Assembly (NCBI GenBank): GCA_050084985.1 | Contig: JBITNC010000001.1 | Span: forward strand, 84,816,001-84,880,000 | Direction: 5' to 3' | Length of the DNA stretch: 64,000 bases | Origin: Nageia nagi | Taxonomy: Eukaryota; Plantae; Pinophyta | In this document: positions 28,151 through 42,200 of the stretch, piece by piece | Layout: each line of letters opens with the position of its first letter | Position numbering within the stretch: the stretch's first letter is position 1 | Made by a program: the position numbers and the translations under genes | The notes under the pieces: generated by a model | Database searches by the model: none | Seen by the model: the letters and a program-made list of their open reading frames with translations, nothing else | Told to the model about the DNA's origin: nothing

Positions 28151-28779
28151 ATCTAATAGTATTAGGTAGTAGGGTGATTCCATAACACCTACCAAATATG
28201 TATAGTGTAAATACTCCACTATTTTTATTTTTATTATTTTCCTTCCTCTACAAAAAAAGATAAAATAAGGAGGGATATTTCTTTTAGTATTCTTTATTGT
28301 ATATATTGGCTGAAAATGATACTCTTCCCAAGAATATAGATAGTATTTAATAGATAGTTTATTAGGTATGGTGGTAGTTAGATTTGATGATCGTAAAATG
28401 TTACATCAAAAGATCACCATTCAAACATAGTATTTGCTTGAAAAGTCACCAACTTGCACCATATCTACTATTTTAAAATCTAATGTGATTGAGTTAAATT
28501 CTATCCCACCTATCTTCCCTGACATTGCACTCTACATAAATCCCAATATTCATTATTCATTAATTTCGATTAATAGGTGATAGTCCCAAATCCTAAAAAA
28601 GTAAAACATAGTCCTCAACATCTCATTTTCTCACTTAGCAGATTTCATAGCACTAGTTTTTGAGAGTTTTAGAGCTTATTGTTTATAGATATTTTAGTGC
28701 TAAGACTTGAAAAGTTTTCAAATATTTCATCATAGAGGTTGGATGAGTTTAATGTTAACTCAAGCTATATAGAAACTAC

Positions 28780-31700
28780 TCAATGTAATGAAAACAACTA
28801 ATAATGTTGAGGTAGCTATGGAAGAGGGACCAAATGTCAACTTAGCAAGAATTCATAAGGAGTATTTGGAGAGTGCTCTTAGTGTTAACTATATAGAGGA
28901 AGGAGTCATGAATCATATGGATACCTAATGAGTTGACCCTAAAAGAATGCTATTACTACACTAGAGGCTACAGGTTGCTAGAAAAAGGAAATCATTGGAG
29001 GGAGAAAATAATGTTATGCCAGACTAGGTCTTGGCGTATTATGTGCCCTATGAATATTTCATTTATCTAGAGCTTCTTCTTTCCATTACACTCAAGAACA
29101 AATCATAGGGATATGAGGTTAAAGATTACAAGGAGTAGAATAAGGGAGAAGCAAATTCCAAGTACTAACCCAATATATATTTGGACTACTCCCCAAAAGT
29201 AATTGTACATGAATTTGTAGTCCTTGTTGATTGGACCTTCCATGTTAAGAAGCAAATCAATATCAATAAAGAAAGGAATAATTTTTATAAAAATGAAAAT
29301 GAGATGTTGGATTTGATTGATGAAAGGTATCAAATAAGATTTACCAAGATCATACAGAGCTATGACATTACCTCCTTTAAGAAATCATGTGATGGATAGG
29401 TCATGTAGGCATTGGCTATTATTATTGAGAAAAAGACCTAGATTGGGGCAGATGAATCCATGGTGAGAATGGTGTATAATATTATTGAGGCACATATATA
29501 CTATAGTTTTCCTACCTTTATCTCAAATGAGGTAATGAAAAATCTTTTCAATATTAAAATATCTTAGTTTCAACACTCATCATATTTATGGTAGCTCATA
29601 GGCCATCAAAACTTGGAAGCTCTAGTGGAGGGAGGGCTCCATATTGTACTAGATACTTCATCCACAACATCCACATCTATTGATTTAAGACTTTTAGTGC
29701 TCATAAAGCTCTATGGCTCATACTATGAGTTCATGGAGAAGTTCTTTACCCCAGTGATGGATATTATCATGGGAAGAGTCACCCATAGATTGCAACAATC
29801 TATCATAGATGAGTTGCAAGGAGGAAATAACATTGGATATTGGTATTTTTTTAAGAACCATACAGTAATAATAAGGTATTGATATTTTGAATCTCCATTT
29901 TTGTTGCCTAAATTTATTAACCCATTGTTATATTCTATAGAAATGGGTAGATAAATTTGTTTTATAAAAACTAAGTATGGATCAGTGGGTAATTTTAAAC
30001 CCATTTCAAATTACCTACCTAATATATAAATTTTACTTTAATAAAAATAGGATGTAAAGATCAACAAGCTGATTTTATTGTATAAATTTTCAAATTAGAT
30101 AATGTAGATACCCTTTGGGTATATGACCTAGTTGGTGAGATGAAAAGGATAATTAAATTAAATAAAAAATGCTCCACATTTTCCCATGAAGCTTGGTTGT
30201 ATATAAAATATTCCACAAATTAATCTAAGAAAGAAGACAAGGCATCCCTAAAGTTAGAATTTAGGATTCTAAACAAAGCATGGATGGCCCTTGAAGGCAT
30301 GAAAAAGTATAGGATCTCGGAGGTCAGATGTAAAGATTTTGCCTTAAACCCAAAGGTTATCACCTAGTTATAGGATGAGTTGGGTTGGGCACCCAACAAA
30401 ATTGAGTATTTCATAAAATTTAGGTTTGAATATACTACCAAAGTAAATCATGTTGAAAAATAATGCTTTAGTGAGTTTACTTATGATAAGTACTAGAATT
30501 CCCAATATGTAAAAGACCTATTACTAGAGATAGGAAAACCACTTCTAGCCAATTTTCAAGGGAAGGATGCAAAATATGATCAACCATTAGCATAGTGGAC
30601 AATGGAACTATAAAACACAAACAAGATAAAAGCAAAAGAAACCTCCAATTCTTTATAATTTTAGAAAAATGAAAAAGAAGCTTGAATTACAACAACTGCT
30701 ACTTCTTGGGAGTCTTCTCCAAATAGGAAAAAATGAATTAGGTTGATATCCAAAGAGAAATAGACCTTGTAGGAAAGATAAGTGCCAAAAAAGAAGGCAC
30801 ATACCAATAAACCATGTATGGTAAAAAACACCCAAACCCCATCTACATGGGTAGTAAGTAAAGAACAAGTTGAACCAAAAATGAGCATGAGAGATACAGA
30901 ATTATTGGATGATGAAAACTATAAAATCCAAAGCACCAAAACCATTATTTATCAATATGATCAAGAGGAAATGGGGGATGAAGTACTGGGCATGGGTAGT
31001 ACTACAAAAATGGGAGGTGAAGTAGGTAGAGATGAAAATGATGATGATAATAATGATTAGAATAAGAAGAAAGATTTTAGCCTAAAAGATATCCCACCTA
31101 AAGGAGAGCCTATCATATATGAAAAAGAAGAGGAGGCATGGGTAATAACTCTTGTAGAGATAACAACATAGATTCTTGCCAAAGATACTCCAACATCAAC
31201 CTCAAGAGCAAGTCCACCCCACCATTCTTTAATTCCTTATTCTATAACCTTGTACGAGGAAATAAAAAATATTTTTTCCACTCAAGTAATAGAGCCCATT
31301 GATTGCGAAACATTTATTAATAAACCCCCTATTGTCCTAGAGCAACAGGAAAAATTTTTTGAGTAAAGTGATAGAAATAGGGGATATTAAAATTACTTAG
31401 ATGCCTTTCAAAGAAGGGAAATTAAAAAAAATCCCATGGTCAGTATAAATGTAAATATGCAGAGTGGTCCAACCATAGACCTATCTAGGTTTTTTGTAAA
31501 CACTTCCCTAGTAGCTAATAAGAGTCTCCAATCTATGGAGAACAAAATAGAAATGCTAAATAAAAAGATTAACTAATACAAAAAGGACTACTCCTTGAAA
31601 AATAAGATGATAGCTGGGCTATATAATTAGAATAAAGAATAAATTGAAAAGTTGTCCAAGTAGAAGTATGAGCATGAAAAGAGTCTTCAAGAGGCTAAGG

Positions 31701-32480
31701 CCAAGCTAGATAATATGAAGATACAAATTGAATACCTCAAACCTCAAGTCAATGTGATTTAAAAATAAAAGGCTCAGCATACCAAAGAGGAATTGATAAA
31801 GATAATAGTAAATAAACTATTAAATGGTGATAAGATTAAGTTGCTCAAAATTATCAAGAATTTCAAAAAAACTCTGGTCAAACATATAGGAGAAAGATTG
31901 GTTAGCATGTCCTAGTTATATATATTAAAGAATCAAATAGAACAAGTTGTATAGTAGTATAATGCTAAGACCACACTCCACAAATTGGCCTTATCAATTC
32001 CAAGATCAAGAATTGAGGGGCTGTAGAATTGGCTCAAAGCCTTAATAAAAAAAGATCTAGAAACAATAACTCCAAGGCCTAGATAAACCATTTTGAGATG
32101 GACCAAAGACACTTATGATTTACAAGATTTAGTGTTTGCTTTGGAATTGGAGAAAAATCAGTTGAAAATAGAAATTGGCTTTGTAAATAGATTCTTTCAT
32201 TCTTTAGTTCAATTAAAAGCTCCTAAATTATGGGAGGAATAGGATGTACATAGTAGTGTTGATCAATGGGTGGTGAATACTAAATATTTTTTTGGAATAG
32301 TCATTTTTTGAAAAATAAATTTTAGACCTACAAGCAATAAATGACTTGGCCCAGGAAGCAATATCAATATTCTTGTATGCTAGAAGACTAGAGAGCAAGT
32401 TGATGGGTTTTAAAGAAAATATAGGCAAATTGCAAGCATGACTTATTTTATCACAAGTGTATAGCTAATATTTAAAGGAT
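28780..32480 (+). pseudogene. Large extra ORF downstream of pol in D, function unknown (globular N-part, acidic linker, coiled-coil C-part)
   Basis: Consecutive plus-strand fragments 29181-29399, 29613-29882 and 30782-31060 read through TAG/TAA stops; K/E/L-rich heptad-like stretch at 31500-32200. Confidence 0.7.
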
Positions 32481-32630
32481 CTATATGAGAAACTTTAGTC
32501 TCTACTTCCTCTAAATTTCATTCCAATGATAGACACCCTATCAAAAGATACATTTGGGCAAGTAGTTGGAAGTGGCCAATAAGGGTCCTATTTATCAGTA
32601 GGCTAAAGACCCTAAGAGCCACCAAAAGAC

Positions 32631-34441
32631 TATTATTTTTTAAAATTCATACTCTAGAAGGGGTAAAATTTCTTAAATTATTTTCCTTATTCATTCTTGA
32701 ATAAAGTACTTCATTTAATTCCCACCTCTTATTTCCATTTCTCTTATATGTAAATACTTATGTATATTGAGTCCTTATTTTAAAGAGTCTTGTATATTAT
32801 CTAGTCATATTTGTATCATTAGTCTAGTTAGATAGAGTCTTTTGAAATTTCATTTTGTAAGGCAAGTGTTGTTTGCACATAAGTCTATTTTATTCATGTC
32901 TAGGATTTATATATAAGTTATAGGCTAAAGAGAGTCAATATTAAAAAATTGACTAAGTCCTTTTTGGGTCATGTTATTGGGTCTTGTGGTATATAGTCTA
33001 ATTATGTATCTAAAGTCAAGTCTAGGCCCTACTTAAAGTCGTCTTACTTAGGTCTTAGTCCTTTTTAATTTGGGTGTTATTTATGGACATTATTGTACAT
33101 AGTCATTAGTATTGGTTATGTCATATATCAAGTGTTATCATTAGAGTTAAGTCACATAGGGCTCGTGAAAATCCAAAGGTGACATCATACCTCTTGATGA
33201 AAATCGACATGCTTTAATTCCTTTCATTACTAGGTAATCCAAAAGATGTCAATAGTAAGAAATATTTTAATAAGCACAATCCATGGATCTCATCAATTTT
33301 AGATGATGAAATCACATCATTTGAGCAAAATCAATGGGTGATAAGATTCTTAGATATCCAACAAGCCTTTCCAAAGCAAGATAAGACTTTCTATGCATGA
33401 ATACAAACATTAAGAGGAGGGAAACACCTAGGTTTACTTAATCAAGAGTGTATGACCCCTAGGACTTTACCAACATGTTGACCATGAATCATTTCCATTT
33501 GGCAATAATAGTTCACCCCTAGGTTTTGAATGATATATCATCCTTCAAACTTACAGGGGTTGCATCCCAGAGCTATAAAACAAAGATGCTTAGTGGTTGT
33601 AGAGAGAGTTAAGTGGCTATAAAATTTAGAGATAGATTTATTATACCTTTTAGAATGGTGAACCATACATAATAAATGTAGAATCAGTCATAGATTTACC
33701 ATGGTCAAAGACAAAAGTGATGGATTGTAGCTAGGTTGGTATGAATATTGAAAGTTGCGCATCCCCAATCCTTGCCGCTAAATCAATACCATACTATATA
33801 ATTAGTTATAATCGTAAATTACTTTGTACATATTGTATATATTTAAGTATATACTATTCTTGGTCAAAGAGTTAGTTGTATTTATTAATGGTGGACAACC
33901 ACCCTTTCTATAAATTTAGTAGAGTAAATAGTGGAATATTAGAAGTTCATGGGGTCATAAATTTTAGTAAAGTTGCTTAGTGTAAGTTCTATTTTCATAT
34001 ATGATAATGCAATATTATGATGTTATGCCCTCTACATTTTTGTTATTGTTATATTACTTTGTGATTATTATGTATGAAGTTTAGTTCTAAATTATGGTTG
34101 TGTATTGCAATTACGAGGCCCCAAGAATGAGATAGTTGTTCTATTCTTAATCTTGGTAATGGATTACTTCCTATATGGTAATTCCTAGGCTAACTAATTT
34201 TAGTTTTTTTTATGTGGTGTAGATTTAGTTTCTTTCCTATTACTCTCAACCTTTTTATCTTTTTCTAGTTACTTTTTACCTCTTGTATAGATAGGAACTG
34301 GCTTAAAACTTGAAGATTGAGAAGAAAAACCCCCATGATTGCACTATCCCACCACCTTCTAGTATTTCAAGAACCCTACTATTGTAGGCAATAGAGAAAT
34401 TTAGTAGAACAAACCTTAAGCTTACATTATACTAATCAACA
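32631..34441 (+). repeat. 3' LTR of D
   Basis: TATTATTTTT.. (TG>TA) to ..AATCAACA; matches 14614-14662 plus 20407-22153. Confidence 0.93.
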
Positions 34442-37400
34442 TTTACCCTTGAAATTTGGCCCATTACCATGGTCAACTATTATGGAACACCAAATCTAAT
34501 GATGATGTTTTCAACAAGGAAATTGATAATCTTATCTTGTATCATTGATTTCTTTGGTACAATGTCTACCTATTTTGTAGTGTATTATGTGCCTATGATA
34601 ATGAATTTATACCCCTCTCTTAACCAAGGTTAATCATACCAATTAAATCAATAACCCAAATTATAAATGGCCAAGATGAAACAACCAAAGTAAGATCTTA
34701 AGTTGACATTTCATCAAAATTGGAATGCTTATAATATTTGAGATAACGTTTGACATGACTCTTGAAATCTTCTTCCATTTATTACCAGTAGTATCCCATA
34801 TGTAATAGCTTAGTGTATAATGCTTTTCCAAAGAAATTCCCTCCATATAGACAATCATGTGCTTGCTCAAGTGTTATTTTAGTTTCATGGTGTGTAAAGC
34901 AACTCAAAAGAGCTCCATCAAATGATCTTATATATAAAATCTCACCAATAATGAAATACTTAAGGGTTATTCTTTTTAATCTTATCTTATCATTTCTATC
35001 AAAATATTTTAGAATGATTTTATCTTTCAATTATTGATAAATATTACAATACCATGATGGAGTAGTCTCTTCTTGAGTAACAAAACACATTTCTATATCA
35101 CTATCACTATCAATATAAGATGGTGTGTTTAAGTGTCTAATTTTTAGAATTACTTCTTCATCTTGTATCTCAATAGGAGCCAAAAAAGTAGAACTTACCA
35201 TTGCATCAACATCTCTATTATTTATTCTTGGAATATTTTCAATAGTGGAACTATTAAACTAATGAAGAAGATTAACAACTACCAACTTGTAAGGAATCAT
35301 TTTCTCATCTTTACTACTGGAGATTTCTTTAACTTGGTTAAAAACAAGTTATGAATCACTATATATGTACACATTGTTAATGTTGATAAGAACAACTTCT
35401 TTCAAACCCAAGATCAATGCTTCTTATTATACCATATTATCATTGCACTCAAATCCAAGATTGTATGCCTTAAAAATAACATCATTCAAAGTCCAAACCA
35501 ATATAATACCTACCTATTCTCTATATGTACACTTGGAACTATAAAAATACAACATTCACATCCAAGGTTCATCCTTTGTAAGGCATACAAACTCATATTG
35601 GATCTCTCACTTATATTTGTAATAGTGCAAATGCTCTCCTCCTCATCATCCATGCTATAAAGGTGGATAATATTACTCATAATAATTTGGGAACTCTTCA
35701 TGGATAATAATTCTATAATTTTGGAGTAATTCTACAATCAGATCTATAATTTCTTGGCCTTTGACATATTTTTGCTTTACCAAATTTATATCAAATTTTT
35801 GTAACAACATCATTGATTTAGCTACTCTTCTTGAGAGATGTTGCTTAGACACAGTATTTAAGTGGATTAATAGAACTAAAAACATATGTAGTACAATACA
35901 AAAGAGAATGCCGCAATGTTTTAGTATCAAACACAATACCGAGATAAAGTTTTTTGATTGGAGTGTACCATGTTTCATACTTAGAAAGAGTTTTTCTCAA
36001 GTATTAGATGGCACATTCCTTTTTCTCATCACATTATTGACATAACATTACCCCCAATGCATATAATGTGGCTGAGATATATAAATATGCTTATTTACTA
36101 AAATCCATAGGAACCAAGATAGGAAGATTGAGTAAGTACTACTTGATATCTTCAAATATGTTTTTTTCACTTTTTATACCATACAAATTTCACATCCTTT
36201 TTCAACATATGAGTAAATGGTATGCACTTATCACCAAGCTAAGAAATGAATCTTGTTATACAATTTATCTTAGCTTGAAGACTTCTAACCTACTTAATAT
36301 TTTTAGGAGGTGGCATACCAAAAATCAAATTTACCTTTTTTTGATCCATCTCAATTCCTCTCTTTGAAACCATAAAGCCTAACAATTTTCCTAAAGTAAC
36401 ACAAAAAGAACATTTTTCAGGTTTAAATCTAAGTTGTAAGTTATCTTTTCCCTAATTTGATTTGACCAAAATATCATCAACATATACCTCAACTAATTTA
36501 TAAATATCCTCATGAAACATTATGACCATAACACACTAATAAGTTGCACTCCTAAATTTTCTAGACCAAAGGGAATAACCTTACAACAAGAATTACCCCA
36601 TGGTGTAGTAAAATATATTTTATGGTTATCAATTGGATTGATTAAAATATTATTATATAAAAAAACAATATATAAAAGATAAATTATGATGAACAATAAT
36701 ACTATCTACAATCATATCAATGTTTGGTAAAGGAAAATCATCTTTTGGAAAAGCATTGTTAATATCCCTAAAGTCAATACAAATTCTTATCTCTCTAGTT
36801 AGTTTTGTGAAAAAAATAATATTAGCAATCCATTTTGAATAATTTATAGGTATAAGAAAACCAACATTTAAATATTTTTTAATCTCTTTCTATACTAACA
36901 ATGCTTTGGAAGAATGCATCTTTCTTAGTTTTTTCTTAATAGATTTTTCTCCCTTTTTAAGTCGAAAACTATGCATAACAAAAGAAGGATCCAGACTAGG
37001 CATATTAGAATAAGACCTTGCAAAATTATTATTATATTCAATGAATTTATTTTTGTACCATTCATTTTATGGTGATTCAAGACAAAGTCCAATCTTATTA
37101 CATCATGGTCTTCAAATCCCTCATCATCAACTTATTACACTTGTAAAGTTTCTCTTATCTAAAGTAAACATATTAAATAAGAACATTGCTTAGTTACCTC
37201 ACAACATATGATTTGGGAAATTTAGAATGTACCCCCATGTAGTCCATTATAAAATCATCTATAGGAAAATAATCAAATTCAAGAGGTATAATATCATATA
37301 TCTATAAATCTTCATTAATATCATCACAATGTTCTATCATAGTGCATGCTAGAATAAATTTCATAAGACCTAATTTTGGCTTAGTATTTTGATCATACCC

Positions 37401-38696
37401 ATATCCTTTTTTATCTTTTTGAAAACATAAATTATTGGGAAAAGAAGGAATCCCCTATTTTGATTTACCCAACCCCCCTTTTGTAACTACAATTTTGTTT
37501 CATATATTTTTTTGGAAAAGAAGATGGAAAATAGTCATAGATTTTACCTAATAGTCACAAATTTTACCTAAATTATACTTCATCACTTCAAGATTGGGAG
37601 TATGTGAAAGGGATGCAACAAAGAAAGATGGGATTGATTTTCCATTATTTTCATGATATAGATTCCCATTTATATGACATGGGCACTCCCAAAACTACAT
37701 TATTTTTGGTTGTCCAAGATCTATAATGAAAACCAATGGATCTAAGTTATGAATTCTTTACATTCCCATTTTAGAATATGTAATGTGAATATTTGTCTCT
37801 ACTTTAACCAATGTTTACTAATTATCTTATATAAGGACATTAAATAAGTTAATATGATGCATATATAATCCATCCAAATCCAAATCTTGTAAATTACACA
37901 TTACATAAAGTTTAGAATCTCCAAGTATTGTGTAAAATTCTCCCTCATACTCAAACTTCAAATGAACATTCATTATATATGGGAATGCATCCATATCATG
38001 AAGCCAAGGTCTTCCTAGTAGCAAATTTTAAGAGAGTTTACCACTCATAATATAGAAGAACATTTCAATAGTTCATGGGCCTAATATGAATAGAAGAGAG
38101 ATTATACCAAGAGCTCTTTTAGAGGAATTGTTAAAGCCCCAAATATAAAAATTAGTCTCATCTATGATTGGGATTTTGAAATATTTATTTTATATATATT
38201 TCAAAAAAATTAAGAAATCTTATTCATAGTTGATGTAGGATCTACCATTGATCATTTGATTTTCGAACCATATATCATAGGTCTAATGAAAAGTTTTGAA
38301 TTTTCAAAAATATTTTTTTTATCAATTTTTTTCATTTCTGGTATAGGAAATTGTATGTAGTCCAAAAGGGATTTTATTTTTTCAAAAAATGTAGTAGCAA
38401 AAATATTTGTGGGTACTTACTCCTTTTTGAACAATTTGTATAAGATTTCCCTATGTTTTAATGAAGTGCTAAGAAGATCATATAAGCTAATCTTTGTAGG
38501 AGTGGTTTTTAATTATTCTATCATGATATAATCTTTAGGACTAAGTGGGTGAATTACCTATTCAATAGTGACAATATTTGGAAAGGATTTTGGATGTCCC
38601 TTGCAGATTGCAACATATATGTCTTCATCCACTAATATGACATTACATGATTGGTTTTGAGGAGGAGCCCTTGCATCCTTTACTTCATACTTCCCT
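34442..38696 (-). pseudogene. pol: pol of copy B: protease, RT, RNase H, aRH, integrase N-half
   Basis: LLGRPWLHDM; RT FPKDDFPLPNID; RH LLQKFDINLVKQKYVKGQ; aRH remnant 35180-35600; INT GEILYIRSFDGALL..AHDCLYG..MGYYW. Confidence 0.9.
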
Positions 38697-39224
38697 TGTA
38701 GTTTTAATCACTTTATCATAAAAAAAAACTTATATAATCACCAAACATTCACTCAACATTCACAATCGCATTATATAATTTAAAAATTAACACAAGTCTA
38801 TAAAATATAGTGGACTTTTTACTATGATATTTTATCAAATAATTTTCTTTATAAGTACAGGGTACAATTTATAAGTTACATCAAATGATTACATAATATA
38901 ACCCAAAAAAGAGTTGAGAACACTTATTTATACATTCCCAAGATAAAAAAGAAATAATAAGCAAAATGACCTATAAGGTACAAGAAAATGAGGAAAAACC
39001 ACTTGGTATTTCATCCAAAATTGCCTACAAAAAATAGATTGAAACATGGTTGCATTTCAGGGCAAACGTAGTGGGTGGACATGTTTCTATAAAACATGGG
39101 AGCCTTTACTAAATGTAGTAGTGTTTCACCTCCAAACATGGTGGGAGGCTATGTTTTGTTAATAAGTATGCAATTTGACTTTTTGAGCTAGAATTTTGGA
39201 TCATGGCAAAGTATGTTTACAACA
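38697..39224 (-). repeat. Copia 3' LTR
   Basis: Direct repeat of 43639-44132 with a ~35-bp insertion at ~38708-38743. Confidence 0.93.
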
Positions 39225-39239
39225 TACTCCCTCTTAATG

Positions 39240-42200
39240 GTGAGAGGGATGACAATTAGATCTCTCCACATCAAAAACTAATATTTAGCAACCTATTTTG
39301 TGAAGATATCAATAATGTGGTCTTTTGTATTACAATACCTTAGTTAGATCAAATTCTTCTCCACCATGTCTCTGATAAAGTGGTACTTGATATCAAAGTG
39401 TTTTGTATATACATGTTGGACTGGAGTTTGTGCCAACTTAATGGTACTTTGGTTGTCACAAAAAGAGTTATAGATTATTCTTGCTTCTCACCTATATCAT
39501 CAAGAAATTTTCAAAGCCACAAGGCTTGTACATCAGCTGAGATCAATGCTATATACTCAACATTTATAGAAGATAAAGCTACTATTGTTTGCTCTTAGAA
39601 CTCTAAGTAATCAAACATATACCAAGTGAGAAGCAATTTCCACAATTGGACTTCTATTCATCAATATTACTTCCCCAATCACTATCACTAAAAACAACTA
39701 GCTTCACATTATTAGTAGAGAAGTAATGAATGCCAAAATCTACTATACCATGCACATATCTCAAGATTCTTTTGGATGCTTTCAAGTATAAGCAAGAAGG
39801 ATCGACCACATACCTAAAACAAAGTGATACAACATAGCATATATTTGGCCTTATGTTACAAAGGAATATTAAACTCCCTATAATGCTCCTATACTCTATT
39901 TTATTTACTTTTTCAGCCCCATTATCTAAACACAAAAGCTCTCCACATGCAATTAGAGTAGCTATAGGTATACATTCACTCATGACAAACTTTTTCAACG
40001 TCTCTCAAGCATATTTGGCTTGGCAAAGAAATATCTCATCATTTGTTTGATGTACTTCCATGCCCAAGAAGTAACTCATCAAACCAAGATTAGTCATATC
40101 AAATTCCTTTTTCATCTCAAATTTAAAAAAATCACATAATGTAAAACTACTTCCCATGAACAACAAATCATCTACATATAAGCAAACAAGTAGAATTTCA
40201 ATACCTTGCTTCTTATAGTACAAAGTTTGCTCACTCTTTCTTCTTTGAAAACCACACTTGAGAAAGTAGTCATTGATTCTTGTGTACCAAGCTATTGGAG
40301 CTTACGTTATCCTATATAATGCCTTTTTCAATCTATAAACTTGCTCTTCTTTGCCTTGAACCTCAAAACCTTGAGGTTGTGCCACATACACTTGTTCTTC
40401 AAGATAGCCACTAAGGAATCCACTCTTCACATCCATGTGATGCACATTCCAATGCTTGTGGGAAGCTAATGAAAGTACCAACTGGATTGTCTCTTTCCTT
40501 GCAACATGAGCAAAAGTCCTCTCATAGTCTATGTCATATTTTTGTGTGAACCTTTTTGTAACCAATCATTCTTTGTACCTTTCAATGGAACCATCACTAT
40601 TCCTCTTGATCTTGTATATCTATTTACACCCAATGAATTTTATATTTTGGGGAAGCTCACATAACTTTGTTAGATTTCTTCATTCTTGACAATGGAAGAA
40701 ATCTCTTCATTCATAGCCTTCATCCACACTTTGTTAGAACATGCTTATTGAAAACAAGAAAGCTCAAAATCATCAAATTTAGTAACTTTAGAAGAACTAG
40801 AAACATAAGCATTGGAAGTAGAAGCCATTAAAGCATAATTTACCACATCACCTTTGGGCTCACCATTGTCTTCATCTCCTAAGATTTACAAATTTTCTAG
40901 CTTCTTGAAAAATTTTGGTCCAACATATGAGAAGAGGGATGATCTTTTAACACTCTTTTACCTTTTATTGATTTATTTACACTTGCCCTTGGTGATGGAG
41001 GTGAATAAGAACCATGTTGTGGAATTGAAGATGCACTTGAAGACCCCATTTGTGAAGAGGGATCAAATTTGGTATGAACTTGATTATGTGAAACATGGCT
41101 AAGATAAACACTTCCTTGTTCATTTCAAGTATTTTCTTCAAACATACCATCATCAATAATAAATGTTTGACATTTTTGAGACTTACAACTTCCCCCTTCA
41201 TTAAAAATGGTATCTCTAGACACCATAAATTAGTGAGAAATTAGATTAAAAAATCTATAAGCTTTAGAGTGTTCACTATAGCCAATACAATTACACTTCT
41301 CACTCTTAGAATCAAGCTTTTTTCTATGCTCATCATTCACATGAACATAAGTAAGAGAACTAAAAACTTTAAAAATTTCACACTTAGTTTCTTTCCAAGC
41401 CAACTCTCATAAGGAGTAATATTATCTAAAATCCTTGTATGATTCCTATTTAAAATATAAATATCAGTATGGATATCTTCAACCCAATGAAAATTATTCA
41501 AACCTTTTGTGTGCATCATACACCTTACCATCTCTACCAAATTCTGGTTCTTTCTTTCAACCACTCCATTTTGTTGTGGTGTGTATGGTGAAGTTAATTG
41601 CCTCTTAATGTCATAATATCTACCAAAATTTAATAAATTATTAGATCAAAACTCACCATCATGATCAGTTCTTAAATACTTAATTGTGTGGCCACTTTTG
41701 TTCTCAACACTAACTTTAAAAGTATTGAAGTACTCAAATGCCTCATCTTTGTGTTTAAGAAAGAATACCCATAAATATCTAGAAAAATTATCAATAAAGG
41801 TGAGAAAATAAGAATATTTACCCATACTTTGTGTTTGCATTGGTCTACAAAGATCACTATGCACTAATTGTGGAAGAGATTGGGCCATCTATGCTTCATT
41901 CTTCAGAAAATGCCCCCTTGCATGCTTTCCAAGAGCACACCCTTCACACACTTTATTAATATCTTGGAGCTTTGACAAACCATAAATAAGTGGAGCTAAA
42001 AGCTTTAAAATTTGAAAATTCATATGGAAAAACATCAAATGCCAAAAATTAGCACTATGATCAATGCTCACACAAGTAAAACCTCCATCTTGCTCCACAA
42101 ACTTGATGGGAAAAAGCTTATTTTTATTCATTTTTACTATAGTGACTAGCCTTGCACCTCTATTATTATCATATATCTTGCATATTTTATCTTCAAAAAT

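Larger units (their letters stand above)
14614..34441 (+). mobile_element. Ty3/Gypsy element D, TatII-type (PR-aRH-RT-RH-INT), full length and degenerate
   Basis: Paired ~1.8-kb LTRs, PBS, all pol domains; TSD CTTAT (14609-13) / TTTAC (34442-46), both one transition from CTTAC. Confidence 0.92.
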
